Virus record (IMG/VR): IMGVR_UViG_3300023178_000060
Span: 1-54,487 of that record
Length of the DNA stretch: 54,487 bases
From: a virus
Taxonomy: Duplodnaviria; Caudoviricetes
Reading direction: 5' to 3' (one strand)
How positions within the stretch are numbered: the first letter of the stretch is position 1; every line of letters starts with the position of its first letter. Shown piece after piece: positions 1 through 10,400 of this stretch. Below the pieces are notes generated by a model that searched no databases, was not told the origin of the DNA, and was given only the letters and a program-made list of their open reading frames with translations. The translations under genes were made by a program, and so were the position numbers.

Positions 1-9
1 TTTGATAGA

Positions 10-195
10 TTATTTGTGTTCATCTGTGCAGTGTGTGTGCCAGTATGAACTTCCGTGTTGATCGTCATGATCATGATGTTGCCATGAATTGCAATGATCG
101 TGCGCATGCATTCGTGACATATGATGTTGTCTGTGTGGTGTAGTACAAGCTGCGAGTAAAATAGTTACAGCCGCTACAGTAAAAAATAATTTCAT
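10..195 (-). CDS. Small His-rich predicted lipoprotein (61 aa)
   Basis: The start is likely the ATG at 195, preceded by AGGAG. MKLFFTVAAVTILLAAC is a signal peptide with an LAAC lipobox, and the mature part has 13 His. The ORF-track 88-aa extension overlaps the upstream gene. Confidence 0.7.
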   Translation of the reverse strand: MKLFFTVAAVTILLAACTTPHRQHHMSRMHAHDHCNSWQHHDHDDQHGSSYWHTHCTDEHK

Positions 196-202
196 AAAAC
201 TC

Positions 203-412
203 CTATTTACATATTTTTTTATAATTTGGATTTTTTTTATTTTTTGGATTTGCACACCAATTTGCATTATCTGCACTTTGCTGTTTTGTTTGAGATTGGC
301 TTTGAGTGCGATTATCTTTACTTTTACCTTTAAACATTTTGCTTGCTCCGCTCAGTACATCATCTACGGCACTTAGAGGATTGTCTAAATCAAAAAGCTC
401 ATTTATTTTCAT
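203..412 (-). CDS. Hypothetical protein (69 aa)
   Basis: Its start overlaps the upstream gene's stop; N-terminus MKINELF; basic C-terminus. Confidence 0.6.
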   Translation of the reverse strand: MKINELFDLDNPLSAVDDVLSGASKMFKGKSKDNRTQSQSQTKQQSADNANWCANPKNKKNPNYKKICK

Positions 413-2394
413 TTTACACCTGCTAATCTCAAAATATCCATACTATCATCAATGTACTTATCTTTAATTTTTCCAAGCTCTTCTTGACTGGCTCCATCTC
501 TTCCGGCTTGTGCAAGTGCCTTCATGCCATCTTTACCATATTTCTTTTTACCTAAGTAATATTGTAAACCTGATTCTTCTACATCGTTTTCATATGTTCG
601 GGTGAATTGTGGATCAACTTCATGTACTTTATCGCCATACATCATTTTAAGTTTATGGAAACGAGAATTGGGCAATACCATAACTTCAGAATTTTCGTCA
701 GCAACTTCTATACTGCCTGCAAATCGTCTGTCATTTTGGATGTCATAATAGTCTTCCATATCTGGTACAACAAAGTAGCGTCTATCACTTTTTGGTTTAG
801 GATCTATCAAATCTTCTTCAACATTTTCTGTTTCTTGCCTATTAAGAGTTTCTGCTGTTCCTTCTGCTTCATGCTGATTATATGCTTTGTGTACAACTTG
901 CTTAGTTTTAGTATCAAATACTTTCCATTCTCCGTTAGCTGATTGTACAGCCTTAAATCGCATAGGCGTTTCGCTGAGTATACCGTCTGCATCAGTGTCA
1001 TAACCACTATATTCTCTGAATTTCTGATTTATAGCTTCAATAAATTGCTTGGCAGGATTGATCAAATTTTCTCCATAATCTTTTTCTATAGCAGTTAAAA
1101 CAGCAGTTTCTCCCTTAGGAAATTGACCTGTTTCTCTATCAAACATGCTTAATATAAATTCAGTAATTGGTAATTTTTTTTCTATTTTAATATCTGGCTC
1201 ATTTGAATCTGGATGAGGTATAGAATCGCCTTTCTTTTTGCCGTTCATCTTAGCTTGTCTTACTGCATGTACATACGCATTGCCATCATGTATTTCACTA
1301 TCTAATGCATTTTCTACTGTTTCTTCAGCCCAATCCTCAAATTCTGTAAAAATATCCTCATGTTTATCATCAGTTTCATTTGCACTTTCATTTGACACTT
1401 CGTCTATAATATTGTCAGGTGTAATTTTTTTAGCTTGTTTTTCACTAATTAATTTATAAATGTAAGGAAAAACTTCTTGTAATTCTTCGTTGAACTGTTT
1501 AATTGTTAATTGGTCAATCCAATTTTCTGCAACATCTTGTGGAACTTCTTGTAAGTCTTCGTTACTGAAATTTTCTACCATTTCTCGATATCTATTTTCT
1601 TTTTGAATACTTTCAATAGTTTTCTTTACTGTTACAATACGCTCGCTTACAATGTCTGCATATTCAGATAAGCCTTCTGCCATTACATTTGATCTACTTA
1701 CATAATTTTTGAATTTTTTTAATTTACCTAACTCTTCACTGAGACTTACAATATGTTTTCCGAAATCATCGTGCATTGTGCCACCTTCTGATATGTGTCT
1801 AGCCATTGCTCGAGCACCATTTAAATGTTTAATCGGATATTTAAATCTCTCGCCTTCTGCGTTTTCAACATAGATATTTTCAATATATTGTGTGCGGCCA
1901 CTTGCTAGATTATTATTAACTGGTTGCGAATGCTTAATGCTTAATCTTGCAGCGCCTATATCTTGGTAACTTGTTTTGCTAGTTCCATAAAGTCGTGATT
2001 CTGTCATTGCTCCTTCTCCGGCGTTTTTTGCTAAAAATTGATAATCTCGTCTATCTAAATTGCTTTTTGTTATATCTCTAACATCAAATGTCAGTAAACG
2101 TTTTTTTGAAAAATTTCTTAATTCTCTTAGAAAAGCATACCAATTTTTCTTTGTTGTTGTGGTTTGATTTTCAACAAAATTCTGTGCATACATTATATTT
2201 AAACTTGTTTCATCTAACGAAATGCTTACGTTTCCTAATACATTGTTGTTATCTTTAAATTCAAAATCAAAAAATCTTGCTTCTGTAGGATTATTTGTGA
2301 CCATCCCTTCTTGATTTCCTAAAGTTACTGAAGGAAACTTACTCCTGATTTTATTGAAAAGTTCTTCGCCTATAAAATTAATGTTCTTTTCCAT
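409..2394 (-). CDS. Conserved-looking phage protein, possible head-internal/core protein (~661 aa)
   Basis: Long ORF directly downstream of the terminase, with an acidic, Glu-rich C-terminal half ending ILRLAGVK. The start is placed at MEKNINF (2394), 5 nt after a GATAAATA box. Confidence 0.6.
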   Translation of the reverse strand: MEKNINFIGEELFNKIRSKFPSVTLGNQEGMVTNNPTEARFFDFEFKDNNNVLGNVSISLDETSLNIMYAQNFVENQTTTTKKNWYAFLRELRNFSKKRLLTFDVRDITKSNLDRRDYQFLAKNAGEGAMTESRLYGTSKTSYQDIGAARLSIKHSQPVNNNLASGRTQYIENIYVENAEGERFKYPIKHLNGARAMARHISEGGTMHDDFGKHIVSLSEELGKLKKFKNYVSRSNVMAEGLSEYADIVSERIVTVKKTIESIQKENRYREMVENFSNEDLQEVPQDVAENWIDQLTIKQFNEELQEVFPYIYKLISEKQAKKITPDNIIDEVSNESANETDDKHEDIFTEFEDWAEETVENALDSEIHDGNAYVHAVRQAKMNGKKKGDSIPHPDSNEPDIKIEKKLPITEFILSMFDRETGQFPKGETAVLTAIEKDYGENLINPAKQFIEAINQKFREYSGYDTDADGILSETPMRFKAVQSANGEWKVFDTKTKQVVHKAYNQHEAEGTAETLNRQETENVEEDLIDPKPKSDRRYFVVPDMEDYYDIQNDRRFAGSIEVADENSEVMVLPNSRFHKLKMMYGDKVHEVDPQFTRTYENDVEESGLQYYLGKKKYGKDGMKALAQAGRDGASQEELGKIKDKYIDDSMDILRLAGVK

Positions 2395-2399
2395 AATTG

Positions 2400-2407
2400 T
2401 ATTTATC
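2400..2407 (-). promoter_or_regulatory. Late promoter-like box GATAAATA
   Basis: The identical octamer lies upstream of gene starts at 6523-6530, 15128-15135, 19795-19802, 44774-44781, 50572-50579 and 52199-52206 (minus) and at 19807-19814 (plus). Confidence 0.65.
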
Positions 2408-3986
2408 AATAATTGGTACTTACAAAGATAGGCATAGGTGCCTGATAATCTTCTTCTTCGTCCATACTCTTAAATGAGTTATATATCCTAGGATCCCAGT
2501 CTCGCAATACACTAATAATTCTTAAACATAATAATAATGCGCTAACTAAATCGTCGCTTTCTTCTAACTTTCCCCTATATGTTGTACCGACTGCAACAAA
2601 ATTTTTAAGCTCGCTTATTAGAGCTGCACTATTAATGTGTAATTTATCATTTTCTATCATTACTTTTAATTTGCTACATGCTGTAAGCTTACTGCTATGT
2701 GTGGTATTAAACCCTTTGCGGAATTTTCTTACGTGGCCTTTTCGCATCGGTTCACTTAGAAATAATCCCGGAATGTTTTCTTCTCCGAAATCATTTATTA
2801 CCAATAATGCAGCTTCGCCAATAGCATTATTTTCTACACTCCAGTAAATTCCTGTAGGATTATTTAAACTTTTTGCAATGTAATCACATATATCTTTTAA
2901 CACCCTTATTTGCCCTGGTATAGCAGTTGTGTTATGCCGCCATTCTCCTATCTGTCGGTAAGTTGGTAATTCAATGACTTGTATAGCAGCAAAGTCTCCT
3001 CCTGTTCCCATGCTAGGATCTAAACCAACTACATATGTTGCATCTGGTTTTATTTTTTCATACCATCTAGTTTGCCCCATGTTTACTAGAACATTCTTAG
3101 ACTGCATGTTAGCAAGGGTAATACTGTTAATCAATGTTTCGTCATAGACTAAAAATTCGCAGCCATATTCCCTTCGGAATCTTTCTTCTCCAATACGACC
3201 CATTTCAGCTTCGCGCCACTCTTCATCACGATCAGGATGCTCATCCCAATGCACTGTAAAGCTATGAAATCCGTTTATACCCAATTCTTGTTCATTGCCG
3301 TGATCGTCAAATTTTTGCTCGGCTTGTTTCCAAATCGTTGCAAATGTATCTTCATCTGAATTAGGTGTGCTTGTAATAATAGCTCTACCACCTGTTGCAA
3401 GTGTAGGAGAAATAGATGTCCAAAATTCTTCTGCTATATTTGGTGCAACAAAAGCAAACTCATCGCAATACAATAATGATATACTCATACCTCTACCGGT
3501 ATTATCAGTTGTTGTAGCACTTACAATACGGCTTCCATTTTCAAATTCTATGCTACCTTTATTATAACTTGTAACTCCAGCACGGATGTAATCAGGGCAG
3601 CATTCATAAACATACCTCACTCTTTGCATAATTTCTTGTGCGCCAGTATACTTATGAGCAGCAATAAGGATTGTTTGATCAGGATTAAACATCGCAAACC
3701 ATGTGAGATATATAGCCGCACAAGTTGTTTTTCCTGTTTGCCGTGGTAGCATATTGATATTAAATCTATGATTATGATATGTATTGAATAATCTTACCTG
3801 ATAATCATAGGGATCAAATTGCAACTTTCCTTTAACAGGATGTTGTATAAATGCAAAGTTTTTTGAAAAATATAAATATCCGTCTTGAGGATCCATGCAT
3901 TTCATAAGATCCTCAATTTGTTCGTTGGTGTAAGTTTCAGTTTGATTTGCTTTTTTAGTGATTACACCGTCAAGCGATTTACTCAT
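2406..3986 (-). CDS. terL: Terminase large subunit (T4 gp17-like)
   Basis: Adenine-binding motif YDYQ, Walker A LPRQTGKTT, Walker B LLYCDEFAF, coupling motif ITSTPN, nuclease Asp in GLDPSMG and C-terminal SDDLV. Confidence 0.97.
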   Translation of the reverse strand: MSKSLDGVITKKANQTETYTNEQIEDLMKCMDPQDGYLYFSKNFAFIQHPVKGKLQFDPYDYQVRLFNTYHNHRFNINMLPRQTGKTTCAAIYLTWFAMFNPDQTILIAAHKYTGAQEIMQRVRYVYECCPDYIRAGVTSYNKGSIEFENGSRIVSATTTDNTGRGMSISLLYCDEFAFVAPNIAEEFWTSISPTLATGGRAIITSTPNSDEDTFATIWKQAEQKFDDHGNEQELGINGFHSFTVHWDEHPDRDEEWREAEMGRIGEERFRREYGCEFLVYDETLINSITLANMQSKNVLVNMGQTRWYEKIKPDATYVVGLDPSMGTGGDFAAIQVIELPTYRQIGEWRHNTTAIPGQIRVLKDICDYIAKSLNNPTGIYWSVENNAIGEAALLVINDFGEENIPGLFLSEPMRKGHVRKFRKGFNTTHSSKLTACSKLKVMIENDKLHINSAALISELKNFVAVGTTYRGKLEESDDLVSALLLCLRIISVLRDWDPRIYNSFKSMDEEEDYQAPMPIFVSTNY

Positions 3987-4000
3987 AATTGATTATTTTT

Positions 4001-5992
4001 TTATAAACCTGCTAAAGTTTGTAAATCATTTACTTCAGTTGTAGCAACGATTTTCCTTTTCTGATTTATTCCCGCAAGAGATTTCATTTCTTCTACTTGT
4101 TTATCATCTACATTTTCATCATCGAATAAACCGCCAAGGAAGCCTTTTTTCTTAGGAAATTCTCCACCATTTGCTTGTCTAATTTTATCAAGTAAAGCAT
4201 CTGCTGCTTTATCAGCATATGGCATACAATAGTCTGTTATTTTCAACAATTTTTTTGCCATAAATGCAGCATATTGCCAAGGACGTTCTTTATCTTGAAA
4301 ACCCATTTCTAATTTTTTTTGTAATTTTTGTTCTGATTCTCGTGAATATCCTTCTCCCGGAGGACAAGGCATCCCTTTCATACTTGGTGGTTTTTCCGTA
4401 GACATATTACTTCCAACACTATTGTCTGGATTTTTTGGAATGTCTAATTCTGTGAAGTATTTTTCTTCTAAAGATTTTCTAAGTTTATTTATGTAGGTTT
4501 CTGTAGTCACAGATGGATCTTTTACTTTAATAGCAGCAATATCTTTTTTTCTGTTTATTCCACCTGACAGATCGTTTAACATATACGAATCATCTTGATA
4601 CTCTTCATCAGGTGAATTGACCCATTCTTCTTCAACAGATTCTCCGCACGATGATCCATCTGCATGCATAGCTCCGCATCCACATGGGCTAGGCTCTGGC
4701 TGGAACATTCCCATAGATGCTACAGGTTTTGCATCTTCCATTCCAGCATTTCTCAAAAGTGCCATTAGCTCTGCAACTTCCTGACTTGTATTGCCTGTCA
4801 TAGACACATTCATACTTGCTTCATTTATCATTTTACTTTCCTTATTTTTAAAATCTTTACTTGAGGTCATTGTTTGCGAATAGCTATCAAATGAATCTTT
4901 AGATTTTTTTATAGGTTTCATTGTGTTAGAATAACTCTTTCCAAATTTTGATCCCGCTTTGCCTGCATTTGTTTGATTTTGTTTTGCAGGACTATTTGTT
5001 TTTCCTTTTAACAACGGTGTGCCATTTTTAGTAAGCCATGCCGATAACAATTTATACTTGTCTCCGAATCTAGCATCAATAATCAATTTAGGGGGAATCT
5101 TTGGTTTAGGATTTACACCGTCAGGTGCGTACCTTATGTTGATACCTCCGTCTGTCGGAGATCTGTCAATCACATAAGGAAAAACTTTTTTATTGTTTAC
5201 AGTTTTAGGTCTGCTTATAGATAGTAACCATTTAATTGCAGGATCTGATCCATCTAACGGTATACTCACATATTGAGCATTACTATTTCCTACTGCACTA
5301 GATTTGCCAACTGCTGGTTTATCAGTATTTGGCTTAGTTCCTAATTTATTAGTTGCTGGGTTTTCCGGCGATATATCAAGAGGTTTCCCGTCACCTGGCT
5401 TTTTTAATTTCATGTTATTATTAAATGGATGACCAGGAACGCCTTTTTGAAGTGGTTGACTAGGTTCTTTATCATAAGTATATTTTTTTTCAGGCGGCTC
5501 TTTTAATTCAGCACTTGGAGGATTTGGGTCTAACTCGTCTTTTTTACTTTTGTCAACGCCAAATTCATCTGCTAAATCGTCTGGTAGTAATCCACCATCG
5601 TATTGTAATTGCGCTATATCTCTGTGTTTCTTTGGATCAAAATCCTGAGTAACATGCTGGCCCTGTGGCATCAGTTCTGGATTGTTTTTTGATTTTTGGG
5701 TTTTTTGAGTTGCTACAAAAGATACTTGTCGATTTTGAAACGTTCCCGGTTCTAAGTGAATCAGTCCTCTAATTCCACCTAGTTCCTTTGCAAGCATTCC
5801 GTAAAATTGATTTAGTTTAGACGAGTCAGTATAAAATTTCCAATCTACACTCACATCTTTGGCTTGCTCAATAGCATTCCTTAAATTATCAAGTGTAGGC
5901 TTTTTTTTAAAATTACTTATTATTTTTGAAAATATTCCGTAATTTCCTTCATCTTTTTCTAATAGTAAAAAAATTTCCTTAACGCTTTGCAT
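4001..5992 (-). CDS. Hypothetical Lys/Pro-rich mosaic protein, possible head-internal protein (663 aa)
   Basis: Long low-complexity ORF with two C-terminal LAG motifs (MKSLAGI, LQTLAGL). Confidence 0.6.
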   Translation of the reverse strand: MQSVKEIFLLLEKDEGNYGIFSKIISNFKKKPTLDNLRNAIEQAKDVSVDWKFYTDSSKLNQFYGMLAKELGGIRGLIHLEPGTFQNRQVSFVATQKTQKSKNNPELMPQGQHVTQDFDPKKHRDIAQLQYDGGLLPDDLADEFGVDKSKKDELDPNPPSAELKEPPEKKYTYDKEPSQPLQKGVPGHPFNNNMKLKKPGDGKPLDISPENPATNKLGTKPNTDKPAVGKSSAVGNSNAQYVSIPLDGSDPAIKWLLSISRPKTVNNKKVFPYVIDRSPTDGGINIRYAPDGVNPKPKIPPKLIIDARFGDKYKLLSAWLTKNGTPLLKGKTNSPAKQNQTNAGKAGSKFGKSYSNTMKPIKKSKDSFDSYSQTMTSSKDFKNKESKMINEASMNVSMTGNTSQEVAELMALLRNAGMEDAKPVASMGMFQPEPSPCGCGAMHADGSSCGESVEEEWVNSPDEEYQDDSYMLNDLSGGINRKKDIAAIKVKDPSVTTETYINKLRKSLEEKYFTELDIPKNPDNSVGSNMSTEKPPSMKGMPCPPGEGYSRESEQKLQKKLEMGFQDKERPWQYAAFMAKKLLKITDYCMPYADKAADALLDKIRQANGGEFPKKKGFLGGLFDDENVDDKQVEEMKSLAGINQKRKIVATTEVNDLQTLAGL

Positions 5993-6501
5993 TATTTTTC
6001 TTTCTTGATGCCCTTTGTAGGATCAAACTCATTTTCTTTTTTTGCTGTCTCTAATTCTTTTAATAAATCCATTACCCTATTTTGACCTACTTTGTCTTGG
6101 GCAGATTCACTTTCTAATTCTTCTTTTGTTAAAAGAGTTTGATATTCTGTATTAGGTTTTTCTTCTTGATATTTTTCAGTTTCGTCATTTTCTCCACGTA
6201 CCTTAAGATGACTAGCAGGATAGTCTGTATTAAGAGTTAAATAACTTTCAAGAACATGGCTAGTTGTTGGATAACTTACTTCTGCATCAAAAGTTGTTAC
6301 TTCGCAATTTGTAAGCTGTGGAAAGTCTAAAGGTCTTTCTGTGATAGGTGTTGTTTTACCTTTAGAAAAACTCACAACTTCGTACTTATTGAGGGCAGTT
6401 TCTAATTTATCTACAAATCCTTCTGGTAATTCGCCAGCTGCACGAATTTTAAATTTATAAGTTTTTTTTGATTCTGTTAAAAGTTCTTTGAGTGATTTCA
6501 T
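5992..6501 (-). CDS. Hypothetical protein with N-terminus resembling a T4 capsid-targeting sequence (169 aa)
   Basis: Begins MKSLKELLTE; AGGA RBS and GATAAATA box upstream. Confidence 0.7.
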   Translation of the reverse strand: MKSLKELLTESKKTYKFKIRAAGELPEGFVDKLETALNKYEVVSFSKGKTTPITERPLDFPQLTNCEVTTFDAEVSYPTTSHVLESYLTLNTDYPASHLKVRGENDETEKYQEEKPNTEYQTLLTKEELESESAQDKVGQNRVMDLLKELETAKKENEFDPTKGIKKEK

Positions 6502-6521
6502 TGCAATAATCCTAGTTTTAT

Positions 6522-7010
6522 CTATTTATCCATATTTTTTAGTTTTTCTAATAGACTGTTACGATCTGTAACTAAATACCCCTCGCCCTGTACAACATTA
6601 TTCTCTGTTGTAGATTCTTTATCTAACTTTTCTTTTTTTAATTGGAGTTCTACCATCTTTAGTTTTTTATCTAGTTTTGCAACTTTACTATCTAGATTTG
6701 TTTTTAACATTTGTCCTGCTACTTCAAAGATCCTACCACTGTATCTAGCTTCTACGTTCATTCCTAAATCCATTAAATCTTCATAGGCTGCCATAGATTT
6801 TTCAGATACTTCGTCAAGCTCAATGTCACCCAAATCACCAAGTCCATTTACTTTAGGCAAGGCTGCAGCAATTTTGTCAAATTCTTCTATCTGTTCTAAA
6901 GTATGCGATTGGACAGGTATACTTTTTTGTTTCTTGTTTTTTTTACTATCTTGGTCAATAATTTCTTTTGATTCTGGCAGGTTTAGTAACTCTTCTAATT
7001 TTTTTGTCAT
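6522..7010 (-). CDS. terS: Terminase small subunit (T4 gp16-like)
   Basis: RIFEVAGQMLKT followed by a coiled coil resembles the RAYEVAGQLIK motif of gp16-family proteins. Size and position near terL and gp4 fit. Confidence 0.7.
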   Translation of the reverse strand: MTKKLEELLNLPESKEIIDQDSKKNKKQKSIPVQSHTLEQIEEFDKIAAALPKVNGLGDLGDIELDEVSEKSMAAYEDLMDLGMNVEARYSGRIFEVAGQMLKTNLDSKVAKLDKKLKMVELQLKKEKLDKESTTENNVVQGEGYLVTDRNSLLEKLKNMDK

Positions 7011-7040
7011 GGTAAATACTCTAATAAATACTATTTATTT

Positions 7041-7478
7041 TTACCGCTTTTTACCATAGTGAAAAATGTCATTTTCAGTAATAACTCTAAAAAGGATACC
7101 TTGAGGTTTGCACCACGCTTTAGCCGCATTCCATTTTGCTTGATTCAGTGCATAATGTGCTTGATTGTTACGACTCCTACCAATTTTTTCTTGTATTGCT
7201 TGATTCGCGGGTTTCACCTCAATTAATTCTGTTCTTATTTTACCTGTTTTATCACTAAACTGTATTAGGAAATCTGGTACGTAGATTGTCTTTTTGCCTG
7301 TTAAAGGATTTATATATGGTATTTTAATCCCTTCAGAAACCCATTGCGTTATACTAGGATGTTCGTCGCAAAAACGCATCATAGTAAATTCCCAGCTGCT
7401 TCTATATAACGGAGTGCTTCCGCCTATATATTTTTCAGGATTTTTGCAGCGAAATCTGCCTTGAGCAAAACGTGCCAT
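7041..7478 (-). CDS. Head completion nuclease (T4 gp4-like, TnsA-type PD-(D/E)xK)
   Basis: Motifs NPEKY, YRSSWE, YVPDF, IEVKP, NQAKWNAA and FRVITE. Confidence 0.9.
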   Translation of the reverse strand: MARFAQGRFRCKNPEKYIGGSTPLYRSSWEFTMMRFCDEHPSITQWVSEGIKIPYINPLTGKKTIYVPDFLIQFSDKTGKIRTELIEVKPANQAIQEKIGRSRNNQAHYALNQAKWNAAKAWCKPQGILFRVITENDIFHYGKKR

Positions 7479-7479
7479 T

Positions 7480-10400
7480 TTAAGTTACAGTAATTGGTCC
7501 ATTCATTCCTGAATGATTTACACAATTATAATGGAATGAGCCACTGCTTGGAATCGTCCAATCGATGTTACCACTATACGCACCATTATTAACCACACCG
7601 CCTGCTTGGTTGCCTGTTCCTGTGCTATTCATAGTTTTAACATACATTGAATGCATTGAGGATACATTCATAGCAAACCTTACCTTGTCTCCGTTAGCAA
7701 AAGTTAATGAAGGATCTGTACCACTTACACTTCCGTTTGCGTCTGTTCCTGACATAGTATAGTTATTACTATCTAGAGCTGTAACATTAATTGTGTAATC
7801 AGGTGTAAATGTCGGGGTCTGACTAGTGTCATTAATAGTAATATTTTGTGTTTGAGCTACGATTGTACCACTTGTGCTTCCTGTCCTGACCTGCGCTTGG
7901 AAAGTTTCTGCAACTGCTTCTGTTGTTGCATCTGCATCTGGTTGCACAGAAAAAGAGCCTGTATTTGAAGTAATTGTAAAACTTCCACTTGAAGTAGTAA
8001 AATCGCCTGCATTTGTCACTGTCCAATATAAGGTAGTTGCATCATCTACATTTGTTGTAGTGACATTCATTAACAATGTTGTTCCTTCATCAACATCAGT
8101 TGCATTATTTTGAGGAACAACTGAGTATGTAGGATCAGCAGTGAGGCTTGTATCATTAATAGTTATTGATGATGATGTTACAACAATTGTACCTCCTACA
8201 CTATCAGTCCTAATTTGTGCTTCAAATGTTTCTGCACCTTCTGTAGTTGTATCTGCTGTAGGTAACACACTGAATGATCCTGCATTTGCTGTAATTGTAA
8301 AACTACCTGACGAAGTTGCAAAATCTCCTGCATTAGTTAAGGTATAATACAAAGTAGTTGCATCAGCGACATTTGTTGTAGTAACATTAAAAGTCAACGA
8401 ACTACCTTCGTCTATACTTGTTACGTTGCCAGCGGTAGCTATATTATACGATGGACCTGGAGTTTGACTTGTATCATTTATAGTAATAGAGTTAGATGTA
8501 GCAACAACAGTACCTGATACACTTCCAGTCCTTACACTTACGGTAAAGGTTTCTGCGCCTTCTGTAGTCGCATCTGATGTAGGAGTGATATCAATCGTTC
8601 CTGCATTACTTGTGATGTTAAAAGAACCTGTTGAAGTAGCAAAATCACCAGCATTGCTAACACTCCAGTACAAAGTCGTACCGTCAGTTACATTACTTGT
8701 TGCAACATCAAATGTCAGAGTGCTACCTTCATTTACACTTGTAGCTCCACCTTGGGCTGTTACAGAATATGTTGGAGTATTACTTGCTGAAACAACAATA
8801 TCGCCTGTCATACTATTATGGGTTGTGCAGTAATAATAATATGTGCCTGCAGATTGTGGATTAAATTGCACACCGCCATTTTCGGTTAATAGACAATTTG
8901 CTGATATTGGTCCAGCACTTGTTGCAGAAATAATGATAGGATGTGTAGCATATCTAGGATTAACAATGCTTAACACATCATTCACAACCATATTAATTGT
9001 ATAATTTTGTTGTCCAGTAAAATAACCGTTTGTGTCTTGACCTGTAAGAGTTATGTAACTACTTGCTGAGCTTGCACTATGTACATATACTTTATGCCAA
9101 TCGCCTATTTCTAGTTTTTTTGTTCTTGTTTGGAGCTTTACTCTAGGAAAAACCAGTCCTGATTCTTCTCTTTTATTATTTAATACTGAAAGAGATGTGC
9201 CTGATGTTGTTCGTTGTTGAACATGATATAAATATCTATTTGCTTCTCCACTTTCATTAACTAAGTCATAGTATCCGTCTAGATCTAATCCTCCGTCATA
9301 CATTTGATCTTTCTTAGATCCTGGTCCATGGAACCAATCCCGGACTTCTTCTTGTGTCATACTTGATTGAGTTTCAAGCAAGCAAGCTATTACACCTGTC
9401 ATTTGTGGACTAGACATACTTGTGCCTTGATATTTTCCTACTACGAAGTTATTATCCCTTGGATCAGCATATTTTGTTGTATCAGTATCGTCTCCAGTTT
9501 GGTGTAAACTTGATGCGATAGCCATGCCTGGTGCATAGCAATCGATAGCAGATCCTTTTGCACTAAAATAAGCCTTCCGATCATTACCATAATAATCAGC
9601 AGCTCCGGATATGATCGCTCCACCCATTCTTTTATGATCGCCTCTACAATAGAAGTAATCAGTACCATTACTTGTTGTGAGTTTATTATTATAATCAGCT
9701 TCAGATGGCAGAGCATAAATTTCATTATCATTACCACCAGATCCTATCATTATAACTCCGGCAGCTAACATATCTTGGATATCTGTTATTTCGCTATTAT
9801 CTATCTCAGGCGTCCGTATCAATGTTCCATCTATCGAGCCATTAAGACCGTAACTCCTTAATTGGGTAGAAGTTAATGATGATGCATCATTAGTTACAAC
9901 CGTTCCTCTAAATGTTATAGATGCATTAGTCATATCCCTCCACCACGAGGACCCGTAACTTGAATTTATTATAGTAGGATTTTTCTTTCCGGTAATTGGA
10001 TTTATAGGTTTTGTTTCGTGGAATTCTTGGATAAAATTATACTTGTACTGATAAAATAAAAAATTGTTTATTCCACCTGAATAAGGACTTATGTTGTAGA
10101 TAGTTGCACTTTTTGCCCAACCTTGTGTGTTTCCTGCAACAGTTCCGGCAACATGCATTCCATGATCTGCTCCGTAAATCGTACTGTTTGTATCGCCATA
10201 TAAATAATGGTTAATACCAGGAACCACTTGATCGTCTGCTATTCCAAATATATTTCTAGAAAAAACATCCCAGTCAAGTTTTACAAACCTTATAATACCT
10301 GTTCCATCTGCGTTTGTTGTAAATTCAGGATGATTTGGATTAATTAATCCGTCTACTATAATAACATCAACATGATTGCCTGCCAGTGTGCTGGTTATTT

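Noticed and set aside
196-276. N-terminal extension of the 88-aa ORF
   Set aside because: It overlaps the 69-aa gene; the RBS and signal peptide point to the ATG at 195.
2406-3986. Intein or intron in terminase
   Set aside because: The gene has normal length, contiguous motifs and no splicing signatures.
7041-7478. TnsA-like nuclease as evidence of a Tn7 element
   Set aside because: The motifs and context match T4 gp4, and there is no TnsB/TnsC or transposon end.
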